A stretch of 63,099 nt of DNA, filler included, from Choristocarpus tenellus KU-1152 (GCA_964200185.2; 12 parts of 12 records of this genome joined end to end with filler, not necessarily neighbours in it), one strand, 5' to 3'; shown: positions 13,386 to 25,400, counted from the first letter of the whole stretch. Notes: generated by a model not told the origin, from the sequence alone. Numbers and translations: made by a program.

Positions 13386-13479
13386 AAATGAAAACTATGC
13401 ATATGTCAGTATAAGCCCTAAAGAAATAAAATATCATAAATGTGAAAAACACTATAATACACTGTAAGTGTGAAAAACA

Positions 13480-13630
13480 CTAATCTGTTACTTCACCACT
13501 ATCAATATTGTACTACTATCTTCCCGTGCTTCCCATCTACCTACTCCTGTGCCTAATCTATTGGTTGCTTCACCACTATCAATATTGTACTACTGCCTTC
13601 CAGTGCTTCCAATCTACCTACTCCTGTGCC
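13480..13630. repeat. Tandem duplication, 77-bp unit x ~2
   Basis: CTTCACCACTATCAATATTGTACTACT...CTACCTACTCCTGTGCC occurs at 13491 and 13568. Confidence 0.85.
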
Positions 13631-14381
13631 CCGGGGGGAGGAGCTAGGGAGGCATTCCAAGAATCCAATAAACCGCTCCGTGCCCATCTCCCTGGTGACT
13701 TTAGCTTAAAACGCATGACATGTCTAGACAGCGCCACTTGCGTAGTCACCTACATCCATTTTTGTTAGTTATGGTATGCTATACTACTTACTCGAAGTAT
13801 GACAATAGTTGAAAAATTTGGTGCAGTAGCTGTACTTGCATCTTCATGCTTAAAGTTTTCCCTATATGCTTCGAATTCTCCAGAGGAGGCATTACATTTA
13901 GCCAAGATTGAAGTAGCATAAACAAACAGTTGCTATATCTTGTAATCATACACTCTTCTTCACATACGTAGCATCATCAGTGCAGACTACCTACCATTGA
14001 GCAGCAGCAGCGACCCGTAGCCATCAAACATCAGATTACAATCTTTGCCAGCCCTGTCCCTCAGCCTTCAATACGATTGAAGCGCCTTAGTAGCTCAGCA
14101 TTCCTAGATATGCAAGTGGGATTTGAGCTAAGGGGATTACTTTGAGCAATGTTTGTCAGGGTTCAAGGCAGGAGAAGCGTCTTTGTGTCACAATCACATC
14201 TTTGTGATGCCGACAAAGGCATGCTCCACAAACTCTGCATGTGGGACAGATCTGTGGGGGTTGGAGTGAAACCAGATATGATCTAAAGATGTGTTATGTA
14301 GTCTTGTAAATACTAAACAGTATAAGAAGGACTTGATTTTCAGTCCCTTAACTCAAACAGTAGGTCATGATGGGCCCTTCT

Positions 14382-14642
14382 GATTCAAAGTATCTTAGAG
14401 GGTAGAGCCGTGTCCCCCTTTAGGGGTCAAAATCCAATGTTGCAATTTTGATGTAATTTTGACTTATTATGTTTGTTAGGAAGTGTCAATATCCATGTTC
14501 CGGACACAACTTTTAATAACATACACATTTTACCTACTCTGAAACATTTCTGAGTAGGAAAATGTCATTAAAAAAACGTGGGAAGTCAAGCCCCAAACAG
14601 ACAAACACGGCAAAATTCGTACCCTCTAAGATACTTTCGCTC
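14382..14642 (+). mobile_element. MITE family A (subfamily A1)
   Basis: Perfect inner TIR AAAGTATCTTAGAGGGTA...TACCCTCTAAGATACTTT; flanks TTCT/CTCT (3 of 4 match). Confidence 0.88.
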
Positions 14643-14879
14643 CTCTGTTAGATGATCTGGTGTTGATCAATACAATATTGATATTGTGATGTGGAGCCTT
14701 CAGGACCTGGAACTTCAGATGACACCTGAACACCGCCTGTGAAAGGTGACCTGTTACACACTGGTGTTGAGTGGGTATAACGTCACCTGTCTTATTGAGC
14801 TCTAGTAAACCCACTCATACGCTAGTGATCTTTTCTTTCCACTCAGGTCTTGACTAGTCGACAAGGGAGTCAAACAAGG

Positions 14880-15123
14880 GAGTCAAAGCATTTTACGAGG
14901 GTAGGGCTGGATCTGTTCGGGGTCATAAATTCAATGTTGCGATTACCATGAATTTTTGCTATCGTGTATGTTAGCAAGTGCCATTATCCTTGCTCCGGAC
15001 ACACCTTTCATAGTCACATAGATTTTAGGTCACTGTGTTAACACAGAAAACCGAAAAATGGTATAAAAAACCCATGGGAAGTCAAGCCCCGAACGGGCAA
15101 ACAGGACAAAACTCCTAGCCCTC
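14880..15123 (+). mobile_element. MITE family A (subfamily A2), right TIR truncated
   Basis: Starts GAGTCAAAGCATTTTACGAGGGTAGGG; the body aligns with 8162-8420. A 13-bp duplication (ACAAGGGAGTCAA x2) spans the left junction. Confidence 0.8.
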
Positions 15124-16111
15124 ATCACAGGATAGGGCGGTTTATGATGCCCATCACAAAGATCGAATTAAAGAGAAGGTAAAAAACATCAGACCTTCAG
15201 CCTACAACATCACCAATCTATGGGTTACGCCTCAAGCATTGACAACCTCATGTCCCACAACTGGCACACAGGATACACACCATGTGCCAGGCCCATCTTT
15301 CAATACAATGCAACTGCACCCAGGATCAGTACTGCACTTGCTTTTAGAGTGCATCCTACATGGCTGAGCCACAGGAGGGAAGAGGGAAGGAGAGAGCAAA
15401 TAGTAGGCGAAAGCATAGGATGAGGGTGACAAAAAGGGACTGCCTCAAGATGGGAGGATGATGATGTGGGAAATGAACACGGAGGGTATCACATTAAACA
15501 AGTGTCTGCTCAAGGAAGTGCAGCAAAAGAGGGATTCGGTCCTTTCAGTTAGCAAATACAACACTGAAATTTTTGCTGCAATAATTGCAGCATCTTGCAA
15601 GCATGCTCCTAGAGTTGTGTGAGTTACTGTGAAGACACTTGCGTGATTGTAGGCAACTCTTGTGTTGATTGTGAACAAGCAAGTTCCATAGGGAGAAGAG
15701 ACATTGTGAGAAAGTGAAAAGGTAAGGGTATGAAACACAGCAAGACAGTAATGGGCCACCATGACACTACTACAGTACTGTATACTAGTGGTACTGAAAG
15801 CAACCTTTGGCCTCGAAGCAAGTACATTATTTCCTTCAAGCCCTTGAAAAGCATCAACAATACATCCGAAAGGCAAAAGAGTATGCGTGAGATAACAGTG
15901 GTATTCTCCCCTATAAATTTAACAGGCCTTCTCTGAGAGACAACAATCATAAAACGAAAACTGGCGCAGGGTTAATGCTGTCTGCGTTTGCATCTCCATC
16001 TGTTCCTGCTGCAGCTGCTGCTACCCAATATAAAATCTTTTTCGCCAAATCTTTTTCGGATATTGGTCACATTCTGGCACGACAATTCGAGCTCTCTTCA
16101 TTCCATCCTTC

Positions 16112-16969
16112 TCAACTCTTAATGGCTTCTGCTTCCAGCTCCTTTAACGACAGTAACGTATCTATATGGGCCATGGCTTTGCAGAGCAGTGCTACATCCT
16201 TGTGGAGAGACTTCAAAGTCTGACGCGTGTCGGGTAGCCAATCTGCTGCCTCTTTTAGAGCTGCCACGGAAAACGCCATTTGCTCCACCTCATCTCGCTT
16301 GGTCGCAACTGAAGTCATTACCTGGTTGACCTTGGCGACAAGCTGGGTATTGTTGTGCTGCACCTTAGCCACACGCTCCCCAATTCGTAGCATGACTCGA
16401 CTGTTGATTAACGCGTCTAGGTCGGCATTGTTCCCACCAGTCTTTGTAGTAATGACCGACCTTGGTCTTGTAAAGAGGAGCTTCAATGGGAAAGCAGACG
16501 ATCTCAAGGTGTTCGTTGTGGCGGAAAGGTCGGTCTGGTCCACGAGGACGCCGTTGATTGCTGCCAGGCAATCTCCGACAGCCACCACCCCTTGTGATTC
16601 TAGGAGGCCTGGTTTTTCATCCTCGCCCCTGTAGAAACTTTTGATGAATATCTGCCTCAATTGATGGTCAAATACAGAAGATTCAAGATTTGTGGAAAAC
16701 CTTGACACGTCTGAGGAAAGAATGAAAGTGACTCTACTTATTTGTTCATATCGCGGCACAGGAGATTCATGATACTAGGAGATCCAGAGATTTCGGCGCT
16801 GGGCAGAAATAATTTCCTACTGTTTGGTTAACTAAGCATCTCATCTTTCTGCCGAGGTCAGACCATTCTATTTACTCACCTTGTCCTCGATGGGATTTCG
16901 CGCCAGAGTCAACCCGAGAGCCTTGACACCAGTGTCTGGCAAGGCAAGCACTACTTCGATTTCCACCAT
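16112..16969 (-). CDS. 2-exon gene (16969-16880, 16651-16112; ~209 aa): N-terminal PDZ domain plus C-terminal coiled coil
   Basis: Exon 1 MVEIEVVLALPDTGVKALGLTLARNPIEDK|GTGAGT supplies the PDZ carboxylate loop (ALGL). It joins in phase 0 to IFIKSF...GVVAVGDCLAAINGVLV...LRSSAFPLKLLFTRP, the PDZ GD-x-x-x-x-ING motif. Confidence 0.75.
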
Positions 16970-17426
16970 ATTAGCAAATGTTTCAACGTAGGCTCTTCTA
17001 CATCTTCCCACCTTCACCTAGATAGAGAAACCTGGATCACAACAGCTCACCATGATATGTGAATTTGGTTTGAGTGAGGAAGAAGATCAAAATGGACGGT
17101 ATAATTCTTTTCCATCTATAATTCGGTATTACCGTCGAATAATCTTGTCATATTTCTATTTACCGTATATTTGAAGCCTATTCGGTATCGTGTTGACTGT
17201 TGATCATGAAATCCATGTTATCCTTCTGTACAGTAACACAGAAAGTTTGTGGGCTAGCTAGTATAGAAGGGCGTACAGGACGACGGAGCCAAGTAGTGGA
17301 GATTGAAAGACACGCCTGAGTTTGCGTCATTTGACATTGCTTTATTGGTACATTCGGTAAAGTATTTCGTCCACATCCCAAGCACGCCCGAGTCAACTTC
17401 AACTCTGTGGACTCACCACCGACCAT

Positions 17427-18482
17427 ATGGAGGAGGGAGGTGGGGGGCCGAAGGGATGGGCGAATTGTCCTGAAGGCCTGGTCATGGATACGTCAACTTT
17501 CGTACAAAGTATCGCTCGAAGAAGGTCGTTATCGGTGCCCTGGTTACTTCTCTTGACCAACCCGTGTGCTGTTGGGGCGTTTGTGGTTCCAACAGCAATT
17601 GGGTCTGCAATCCAGCATGGGCCTTGGAGTTCATCTGTACGAGCAGGGTATGATTGCTTGCACACTGGTAGTCCTGTTGATGGAGCATTGGGTTGGGGAA
17701 AGTCGGGGGTGGTATGCTGTGCAAAGACGGAGGCGGTCGAGAGCGAACCTTTCGGTGATGATGATTTGCTACCAATGGTGGTAGGGGAAGGGGTGGACTT
17801 CGACGAGAGTGAGTTCGAGGAAATAGACGAAGGGATGTGGGGAGATGATGAGGATGGGGAAGACGCATTCGACAGAACTGGGTGGGTGATGGTTGACTCT
17901 CCTAAGCCCAATTGTTCGTGGTTGGACACATCTGCCCTCCTACCTTTCACATTGTCGATCTCTATTTTTTACTTTTAATACCTGAGATATGTCTCCTTGT
18001 AGGAGCTATACCCTACGCAATGATGCCAATGCGTTGTTTTCAAGTAAAGTCGCAGTAGCGCGCATGCCCGCACAAGTTGTCGCAAGTTTCAATGGCAAGT
18101 TCGAACATCTTTTTTGTGGGGGTCTGTTGTGTGGAGGACAAAGCCATCAAATGCATGTCCCTTACGAGAGGCATATAAAAAACACGATACATTATGTATA
18201 CTGTACAGGTAAGTGTGTGTGTGTGTGTCTGTACATCTGTGCCCCATTTGCAATACACGCTCATCCTTGGTATCTCCTACCCATTATTGCCCCTGTCCCT
18301 CTCACGGCAATGTTTTCCAACCATGTGCACCTAAATCTGATGGGGGGACAGTGAGGAGCAAATTTATGGGGTGGAGGAACAGATGAAAAGGGTCAAGGAG
18401 TTACAGGCCCTTGGGCCGCCTAAACCTGTGAAAGGGGAGCGTGCAAAATCGAAACGTCGACTACCATTGGTGGCTGTGATCG
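17427..18482 (+). CDS. 5' part (exons 17427-17881, 18352-18482) of a plastid-targeted TRAFAC GTPase, most likely Der/EngA
   Basis: Hydrophobic stretch plus VGA-F site, then a transit-like region and an acidic tract. A phase-2 join leads to ...KRRLPLVAVIG|GTAAGT, the strand entering the G1 P-loop (PxVAxxGRPNVGKS in Der). The remaining exons were not found on this contig. Confidence 0.6.
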
Positions 18483-19181
18483 GTAAGTTGATGGGGGAGT
18501 GGTGGCGGTCTGGCAGATTGGTGGCAACATGGGTAGATAGATTGGATTAGGGATTATTGCTCTGGTATTGCACGAACACTTAAGTCTTTGTAACGAGAAT
18601 TTTATGTTTGACCACCCAGTAAGCAAAACACAGTGCCACTGACATCAAGCAAGAAGATATGACAGCTTTCATATACTTCGTTGTAATAATGAAGTAATAG
18701 TACTATTATTACTGCTCGCAGTGGTGATCAATCTCTTCTGAAGGGTACGTATGCTGCACATGAGGGTACTGGAATGCGTAGCACCAGCTCCGAGCGCAGA
18801 ATCGAAACAAACCTGTTCTTTACAAAATGGCACCATGTCAATGGGTGCAAAGTGTGGTCAGGGTTAGGGCTAGGGCTAGGCTCGGTTTTGCACTTTGGGT
18901 TGGTACAGTATTGGACCTTTGCATCCATCGCAATTGGTAATGCATACTATGAGGCATGTGCATGTATGCCAAGTTTAGAGAGTTGTGTCGTTTCAATACA
19001 TTATTTTTTATTTTTTTTGTGGGAAAATAGGTGGGATACAGCCTTGCTTTGATGAGCCGAAACTATAGTGGCCGTGACTGGCTCGGTGGGGGGGAAAAAC
19101 AAAAAGAAAAGCCATAAGGGCATTTGCTCCTCCTTCCTCTTTGGCTGTAACAGATTGAAATTTTGTGTTTCTCTGCATGTG

Positions 19182-19225
<44 letters not shown>

Positions 19226-19640
19226 GGTTGTGCATGATTGAATGCTCAGTGATGGATTTGATAGGATTTGTAAAGGCAAGGTCAGCAAAGCAGAGTGCTC
19301 ATAGTCATGTCCTCTGTATGGAGCATTCGCCTAGATTGAACTCTAGTAACTCTGCGAACCCTAAACCCATCCCTAAAGTGTGTAATGGTAGTAATATACT
19401 ATTAATAGTAATATGTTGCCAATAATAATGGTTGTAGGTATCATCTATTGTCAAGGTTTGTGGCAGGCAGGCTTGCCGTGCAGATCTGTACCCAGGCAAG
19501 TATTGGTGTCCTAAAGCCCCTGTCATGGTCTCTCCCATGGTCCTCACGAGGAGAAAGACACATGCGTAGGCAAGGCAGCAAGCCATTGCACACTTTCTAG
19601 TCCCAATTTTTTTTTAATGAGTTTAAAATGATCAAAAGTA

Positions 19641-19674
<34 letters not shown>

Positions 19675-19839
19675 GGTGATTGTTTGTGCGTAGCGTCGAC
19701 GATTTGTGACATCCATGGCACAATTAGTAACCTGTACTACCCCCTGTAACGACAGGGTGGCCACAGCGATCATCAAGTCCACAGCTTGAAATGTGTTTTT
19801 ATTGGGTAGTAAGGGGTGGATTTAGCAAGTGCAGTGAGT

Positions 19840-20084
19840 CCGCCCTAACCCTAACCCTGACCCTAAGGGTTGCCTGTATGTTCATGCAACCTGGATGGGG
19901 GGATCCCTTAGATCTCTTGAGTCGTTGGCTGGGGGTGGGAATGAGGTATAGAGTTTTCCAGTTGAGGAGGCTTTTTTTGGGGGGGGGGAGGGGATATGCG
20001 GCAACCGGACTTACTGGGTCGTGAGAAGGTGTTGAGGCGACGTTAGGGGTTAGGGGTTAGGGGTTAGGGTTATAGGGTTGGCGG
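19840..20084. repeat. Segment bounded by outward-facing telomere-like repeats
   Basis: CCGCCCTAACCCTAACCCTGACCCTAA on the left; (TTAGGGG)3 TTAGGG TTATAGGGTTGGCGG on the right. Confidence 0.7.
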
Positions 20085-20493
20085 TGGATGATAGACTACG
20101 ATTGCCTCACCCTGTCATTCGCGTGTTTTTTTCCACACCAACAGGCATGTTTGTTGAAATGCTTTGTTTGTGCGCAGGGTAGGGTGCAAATGTAATTCTT
20201 TTTTGGTTCACCGGTCGGGGGGGGGGGGGAGGGTGTCCCCCAAAAGTACCCTTTCCTCTGTTTAGTGTCCTTTTGAACAGGTTGGGGGGGGGATATNNNN
20301 NNNNNNNNNNNNNNNNNNNNNNNNNNNNNNNNNNNNNNNNTTAATTAATTAANNNNNNNNNNNNNNNNNNNNNNNNNNNNNNNNNNNNNNNNNNNNACAC
20401 TCCCAATACCACCATTTCACCAGATTCCATATTTCTGTCAAACCCTTAGAGCCCCCCCCCCCCAACCCCCCCCCCTGACAAAACAAAACTTAC

Positions 20494-23400
20494 CCACCTC
20501 CACCTCACATCCTGAGCGCAGCCCTCCACGACCCCCAGCCCAGCCCCCAGCCCCACAAAAGATTATAACCTCTCTCCATGCCTCTCCCGCCTTCCAAGAG
20601 AAGAGGAGATCCAGCAGGCGACTCCTCTCATGTAAATTCTCACCCTTGTCCTTGAGGACTTCTTTGTCATCTATTCCAATTCCTCTATCTTTTGCTCCAG
20701 TAGTGTCCCTGACTCCGTTTTTGGGGTCAATTTTTTCACTGATGTGAACCCACGGGTCAAGATGGGAGGATTCTGGGTCCTCAAAACCTCCAACTATGGA
20801 GATCTGCGTGTAGGAGAGAGTGAGGGGGAAGGGGGGATAAGTGAGGAAAATTGATCCCCCTCATTAAATATCAACAAATTGTATCACGTGGGATTTGTTA
20901 GTTGAGGATGGTTAGGAGGGGGCATGCGTGACTATGGAGTGTGTGACTATGGAGTGTTTGCAATAAGTATATTTAGGTTCAGGTATGGTTGGGTTACTGG
21001 CTCATAATGTTGGTGAGGAGGAATCTCGATATATTGGAGACGTATTGGAGTCACAAGTGAAAACGCCTTACCATTTGGGAAGAGGAGCAAGGGGTGTGAA
21101 GATGGTGATCTGGTTCCGATTACTCTTTGGATGGAAAGGGCTCTACCAGATGAGCGGTGTGTATGTATGTGTATGTGACATATTGGACAGTTGAGTGAAA
21201 GCATCTTAGGGGGTACGGGTTTTTCCCTGTTTGTCCGTTTGGAGCTTGACTTCCCACAGTTTTTTTACTACATTTTCCAATTCCAAAACACTTCGGAGTA
21301 CGTAACATGTATACGCTATGAAAAGGTGTGTCCAGAACAAGGATGTTGACACTTCCTAACAGACGCGATAGCCAAAATCACATCAAAATTGCAACGTTAG
21401 ATTTTGACCCCCAAACGGACACGGTTCTACGCTCTAAGATACTTTGAATCAGATGTGAGACTTCATCTGGACCTTGAATCCAATGAGCGCATGGTCTTAT
21501 TAATGACGCACATATATGCTCCGGGTTAGTACCATATACCACTCCAGAGAAGTGTGTAACCGTCCAAAATGCTTGGGTGTGGGAAACATCAAAATGGCGA
21601 AAGCACAAGTATGTAAGCTATTGTTGCCTTAATTATTGGCATTAATGAACACATCTTGATAGCTTGCCACAATTCCTACGATGACATTTAAAAAATATAT
21701 GTCATGGATTGGATGGGCAAACATATGACTTCATGGGGACTAAAACCCCCCGTTCGGGCAGAGATTTGTTTGAGGAATCCTTCTTTGTGAGAGTCATCCC
21801 AACTTCTGCATGCAAGACTCCAAGGCAGGATGGTGATTCGATAGTCAGTAATGTTGACAAGCTTTAAGCACCATGTTTCAGAATCAGATGTTTCTCCATG
21901 GAGTATTTTTCCTGTGCAGCTCTAGTTGATATTGTGACGATGAGTCCAAGCACATCTTCCAAACTATTTCCAAAGAGAGGGATTTGGCATGGACTCACTG
22001 ATACACGATATGAGGCCATCTGCCCGTAATCTCCGCCATAAAAAACCTTGCTGACGAGAAGGTTGTAGGACTCTTCTCCTACTTCAAAGTGAATGTCGTT
22101 GATCTTAACAATTAACACTACAGCACACTCCTCTTCTTAAACGTAATATAATGTTAACACTACCATACACCTTGGTTGGAATTTTCCCTAATTCTGAGCC
22201 AAAAGATGCATTAAGACTTGTTAGTTCACAGAAAAGGGGGGGAAACCCATCACACCCTGTTCTAACAAGGTCTGATAACCAGGGAGACACTCTCCACTGT
22301 GCCGCTCATTGATATACACATAACATAGACCTTTAGCACCATACTCAAAGGTCTGAATGCTCTACCCCTCTTTCTTCCCTAGTTCAGTTATTTAATACAG
22401 ACGCACACCCAAACAACCACATGCGTACGAACCTGCACGACAACTACAAGGAGGCGGAGGTCGGAATCCCTGTTCAGCTCGAAACACAAAGCCTCCCAGG
22501 CCCTGGGTGCAATCAGTGGCTTAGTGCCGGGTCTGGCGATGCTACCATCCCATGACACCCTGGACCAGACAGTGTCCAGGAGGGACAAACCAATAACGCC
22601 GCCCAGGCTGATGAAGCCCCCCTTGTTTTGGAGCAAGTGTGGAAGGACATCAGTGTGGAAGTTTTATGTTGTTTTCTTTTGTTCAAGGAGATGGGGCTCT
22701 TGGATGTATGGATGGAGAGCAGGGCAGAAAAGGCGAGCTGGGAAGGATCACAGAGGACGCTCAGAGTGCAAGAGTTCAGGGCAAAGGAAAATGGAGTAAG
22801 GAAACTTTAGTTCATGTTCTTGTTTTGATTGGATGTCAAAAACTGTGCATGCGGTAGGACTGATAGCAACGTCTCTTGTGAGTAAAACGCCACCCTCTAG
22901 ACCCAAAGGAGTGAAAAAGATGTGCTGAATCAAGTTGAAGTGCTGTACTGGTGTTAAGTGGAAGTGTTGCACAGTGTTGTCCAATCCCTAACACGTATGT
23001 TTTCCCTTCAAACCCTTCAAGGAGTCGTTTGGAATCAGCCCCCCATTATTCAAGAAAATAGAGCTTTTTCAAGAAAGGAGGAAGTGTGTCAATGAAACCA
23101 AACAAACACCTCTGACCTGCGGGGGTCTTGGGGCTAGCGTATGCCTTTCCTCAAGCGCTCCTAGCCTGGCTCTGGCGTCACTGGCCTCTTCTTGCATCTT
23201 GTCCACTCGGGCTGTGGCAGCAGTGCCTTTTTCTGGATCCCTCGAGATATTTGCCCGTTGAAGGGCCTCCTCTGCAATTACCACCTTGTATGGAGGAGCG
23301 GTGACATGAGGTGAAGCAGTGGTAAGACTAGATTATAGGTGGAGGGCGTCATCTTATATGGGTGGATGGATAGGAGAACTCTGTTGCGGCTTTGTCAAGC

Positions 23401-24088
23401 ACAGAGCTGTAGATGAGGGTGTGTGCCGACAGTAGCTTCAGTGTCAGGAATATCTGCGATGCATGAAAAAAAATCCTAGATTACTTTCAGAAATAAAATC
23501 CCCCCATTAATTGCAAGAGTTTTATTGTAAGCACTAGATTCGTTGGAAAATTTGCATAGAGGGGTTGTGATGTATCTAACCAGCGCCATAAAGTATAGCT
23601 TGAAACACAAGAAATAACGGGATGAGTTGAGGATATGGCTCAAAGTATCTGGGGGGAGGTGGTGGCTGTCCATTTGGGGTCAATTTTTTCATGTCGTTTT
23701 TTTGGGGTGATTTGGTTGCATGCGTCGGATGGATAAATGTAAAAGTACTTTTCCCAATTTTAGTCCATATGGACACCCTGGTGTAGACCCCCTTCCCCTC
23801 CCCCCCAGATACTTTGGGTCCATTCATGGCATGACTGGTAGAATTTGGATGCTGACTAAGGATAGTACTAGCAATAATCTTTTTCAGCACATCAAAATCA
23901 TTAAATCCCACACCATTGGATTCAATATAGTCTATTAACTAGCCTGTCTCATAGGTCACTTTTTGATCCGATTCCCACCTGTCTTCGTATGGACAAATTA
24001 GATGTGTTGTACGTACCTTCCTCTCCATGATGTTGGCTTCCCTTAAGGCAATGCTCTCTTCTGCGATGGCGTTGTTCACCTCAGTTTC
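20494..24088 (-). CDS. Internal exons (24088-24017, 23284-23117, 22621-22433, 20803-~20494) of a protein with a coiled-coil segment and a PhoD-like metallophosphatase-fold region
   Basis: Three phase-0 GT-AG joins give ETEVNNAIAEE...|VVIAEEALQR...PPQ|GGFISLGGVIGLSLLDTVWSR...PLIAPRAWEAL...LRLLVVVVQ|ISIV...ERSRLLDLLFSWK...REVIIFCG. The motif order resembles PhoD (LDTRxxR; QxxWL; ERxRLL; VxxLSGDVH). The splice model is firmer than the family call. Confidence 0.55.
21193..21450 (-). mobile_element. MITE family A (A1), intronic
   Basis: GAGTGAAAGCATCTTAGGGGGTA...TACGCTCTAAGATACTTTGAATC; flanks AGTT/AGAT; reverse orientation relative to 14382. Confidence 0.85.
23637..23820 (-). mobile_element. MITE family B, full-length (184 bp), intronic
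   Basis: TIRs CAAAGTATCTGGGGGG...CCCCCCAGATACTTTG; inner motif TGTCCATTTGG / CCATATGGACA. Confidence 0.88.
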
Positions 24089-24354
24089 CTGGCAGTATGA
24101 TTCGAGACAAAGAGTATTACAAATCGTACATTGTCACACAAAACCCTATCGTGGGTTGAAATGATGAGCACGATCTGGCGGAAGTATCAATATGACAGCA
24201 AGAAAGGGCAATGGTTCGACTTGGAAAGTGTGTGCCAGCTACAAATATCTGGTGATCACTCCCGAGCTCTCCAACTTTAGTGTAAAGTTTGAATGTATCA
24301 CTGTTTAGGTCCACCATTTCCGACAAGGATTCCTACATGCAAAGATATCTGCTA

Positions 24355-24383
24355 GACCCAAAGTATCTGGGGGAAGGGGGGTG
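24355..24383 (+). mobile_element. MITE family B terminal fragment at contig end
   Basis: GACCCAAAGTATCTGGGGGAAGGGGG runs directly into the spacer. Confidence 0.7.
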
Positions 24384-24909
24384 NNNNNNNNNNNNNNNNN
24401 NNNNNNNNNNNNNNNNNNNNNNNNNNNTTAATTAATTAANNNNNNNNNNNNNNNNNNNNNNNNNNNNNNNNNNNNNNNNNNNNGTTGGTCGTACTATATC
24501 GCTTGTCCTGTGTAACTAGTACTACGTCAGAAATCCTCCGTCAATCCACCTATCTATATCAAGTAGTAAGAAATCAAACATCCGAGTTTCGAACATATTA
24601 TTCTAAGCACACGAAAGCAAATCAATGACACTTATTCCATTTAGTCAACATTCCTGTTGTCAAGTACTAGTCACTAAACACCTATAAACCATATAGACTA
24701 CCAGCCTATATTGCACAGTAGGAAGGGAGGGATAATGGGCTTGGGGTACATGAGAATGGCCTATCTTCATGCGCTTTCTTCAATCCTTCCTGGTTAGAAA
24801 AGAAATGTTTGATATATATATTCTATTATTGGATTGTCTGTTTGTAGGATATTCTCCAGAAGTATGCACGAGACTCTACGCCAACCAACCTGTATGTGCA
24901 GATGTATGT

Positions 24910-25169
24910 GAGTCAAAGTATCTTAAGAGGGTGGAGCCGTGTCCGCTTGGGGGCCAAAATCCAATGTTGCGATTTTTATGTAATTTTGGCGATTGTGTTT
25001 TTTAGGAGGTGTCAATATTCTAGTTCCAGACGTAACTTTTCATAACGTACACATCTTACCTACTCCAAATCGTCTCGGATTAGATAATATGCCATAAAAT
25101 AACCCTTGGGAAGACAAGCCTCAAACAGACAAATAGGGAAAAACTTGTACCTCTAAGGTACTTTCACTC
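24910..25169 (+). mobile_element. MITE family A (A1)
   Basis: GAGTCAAAGTATCTTAAGAGGGT...TACCTCTAAGGTACTTTCACTC; the body aligns with 14382 and 48806. Confidence 0.85.
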
Positions 25170-25400
25170 ATACGTATTATGCATGAATGTATGCATGTTC
25201 AAGAGTATAGAGTATGGGGATTTATTTATAGATGGGTGAAATGGAGTACTAACACGCATGTATGTGTAAATGTGTGTTTTATTTATTTTTTTGCCTACCA
25301 TGCAGAGAGGTCAGACCATGATCTGTTGCTACTCATACAATTGCAGCTTTCTGTCATCTCCCTTCCCTCATATCACCACTTCCTCGAAATTCATTTTCAG

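Noticed and set aside
17989-18354. 121-aa ORF as an exon of the plastid GTPase gene
   Set aside because: Its 3' donor phase is incompatible with the exon at 18352, whereas the direct 17881->18352 join is in frame; treated as intron.
23576-23911. Recurrent small protein family (…HPTYATKS…DMKKLTPNGQPPPP) at 5388, 23576, 56605 and 59865
   Set aside because: These are translations of non-coding MITE family B; frames and starts are not conserved.
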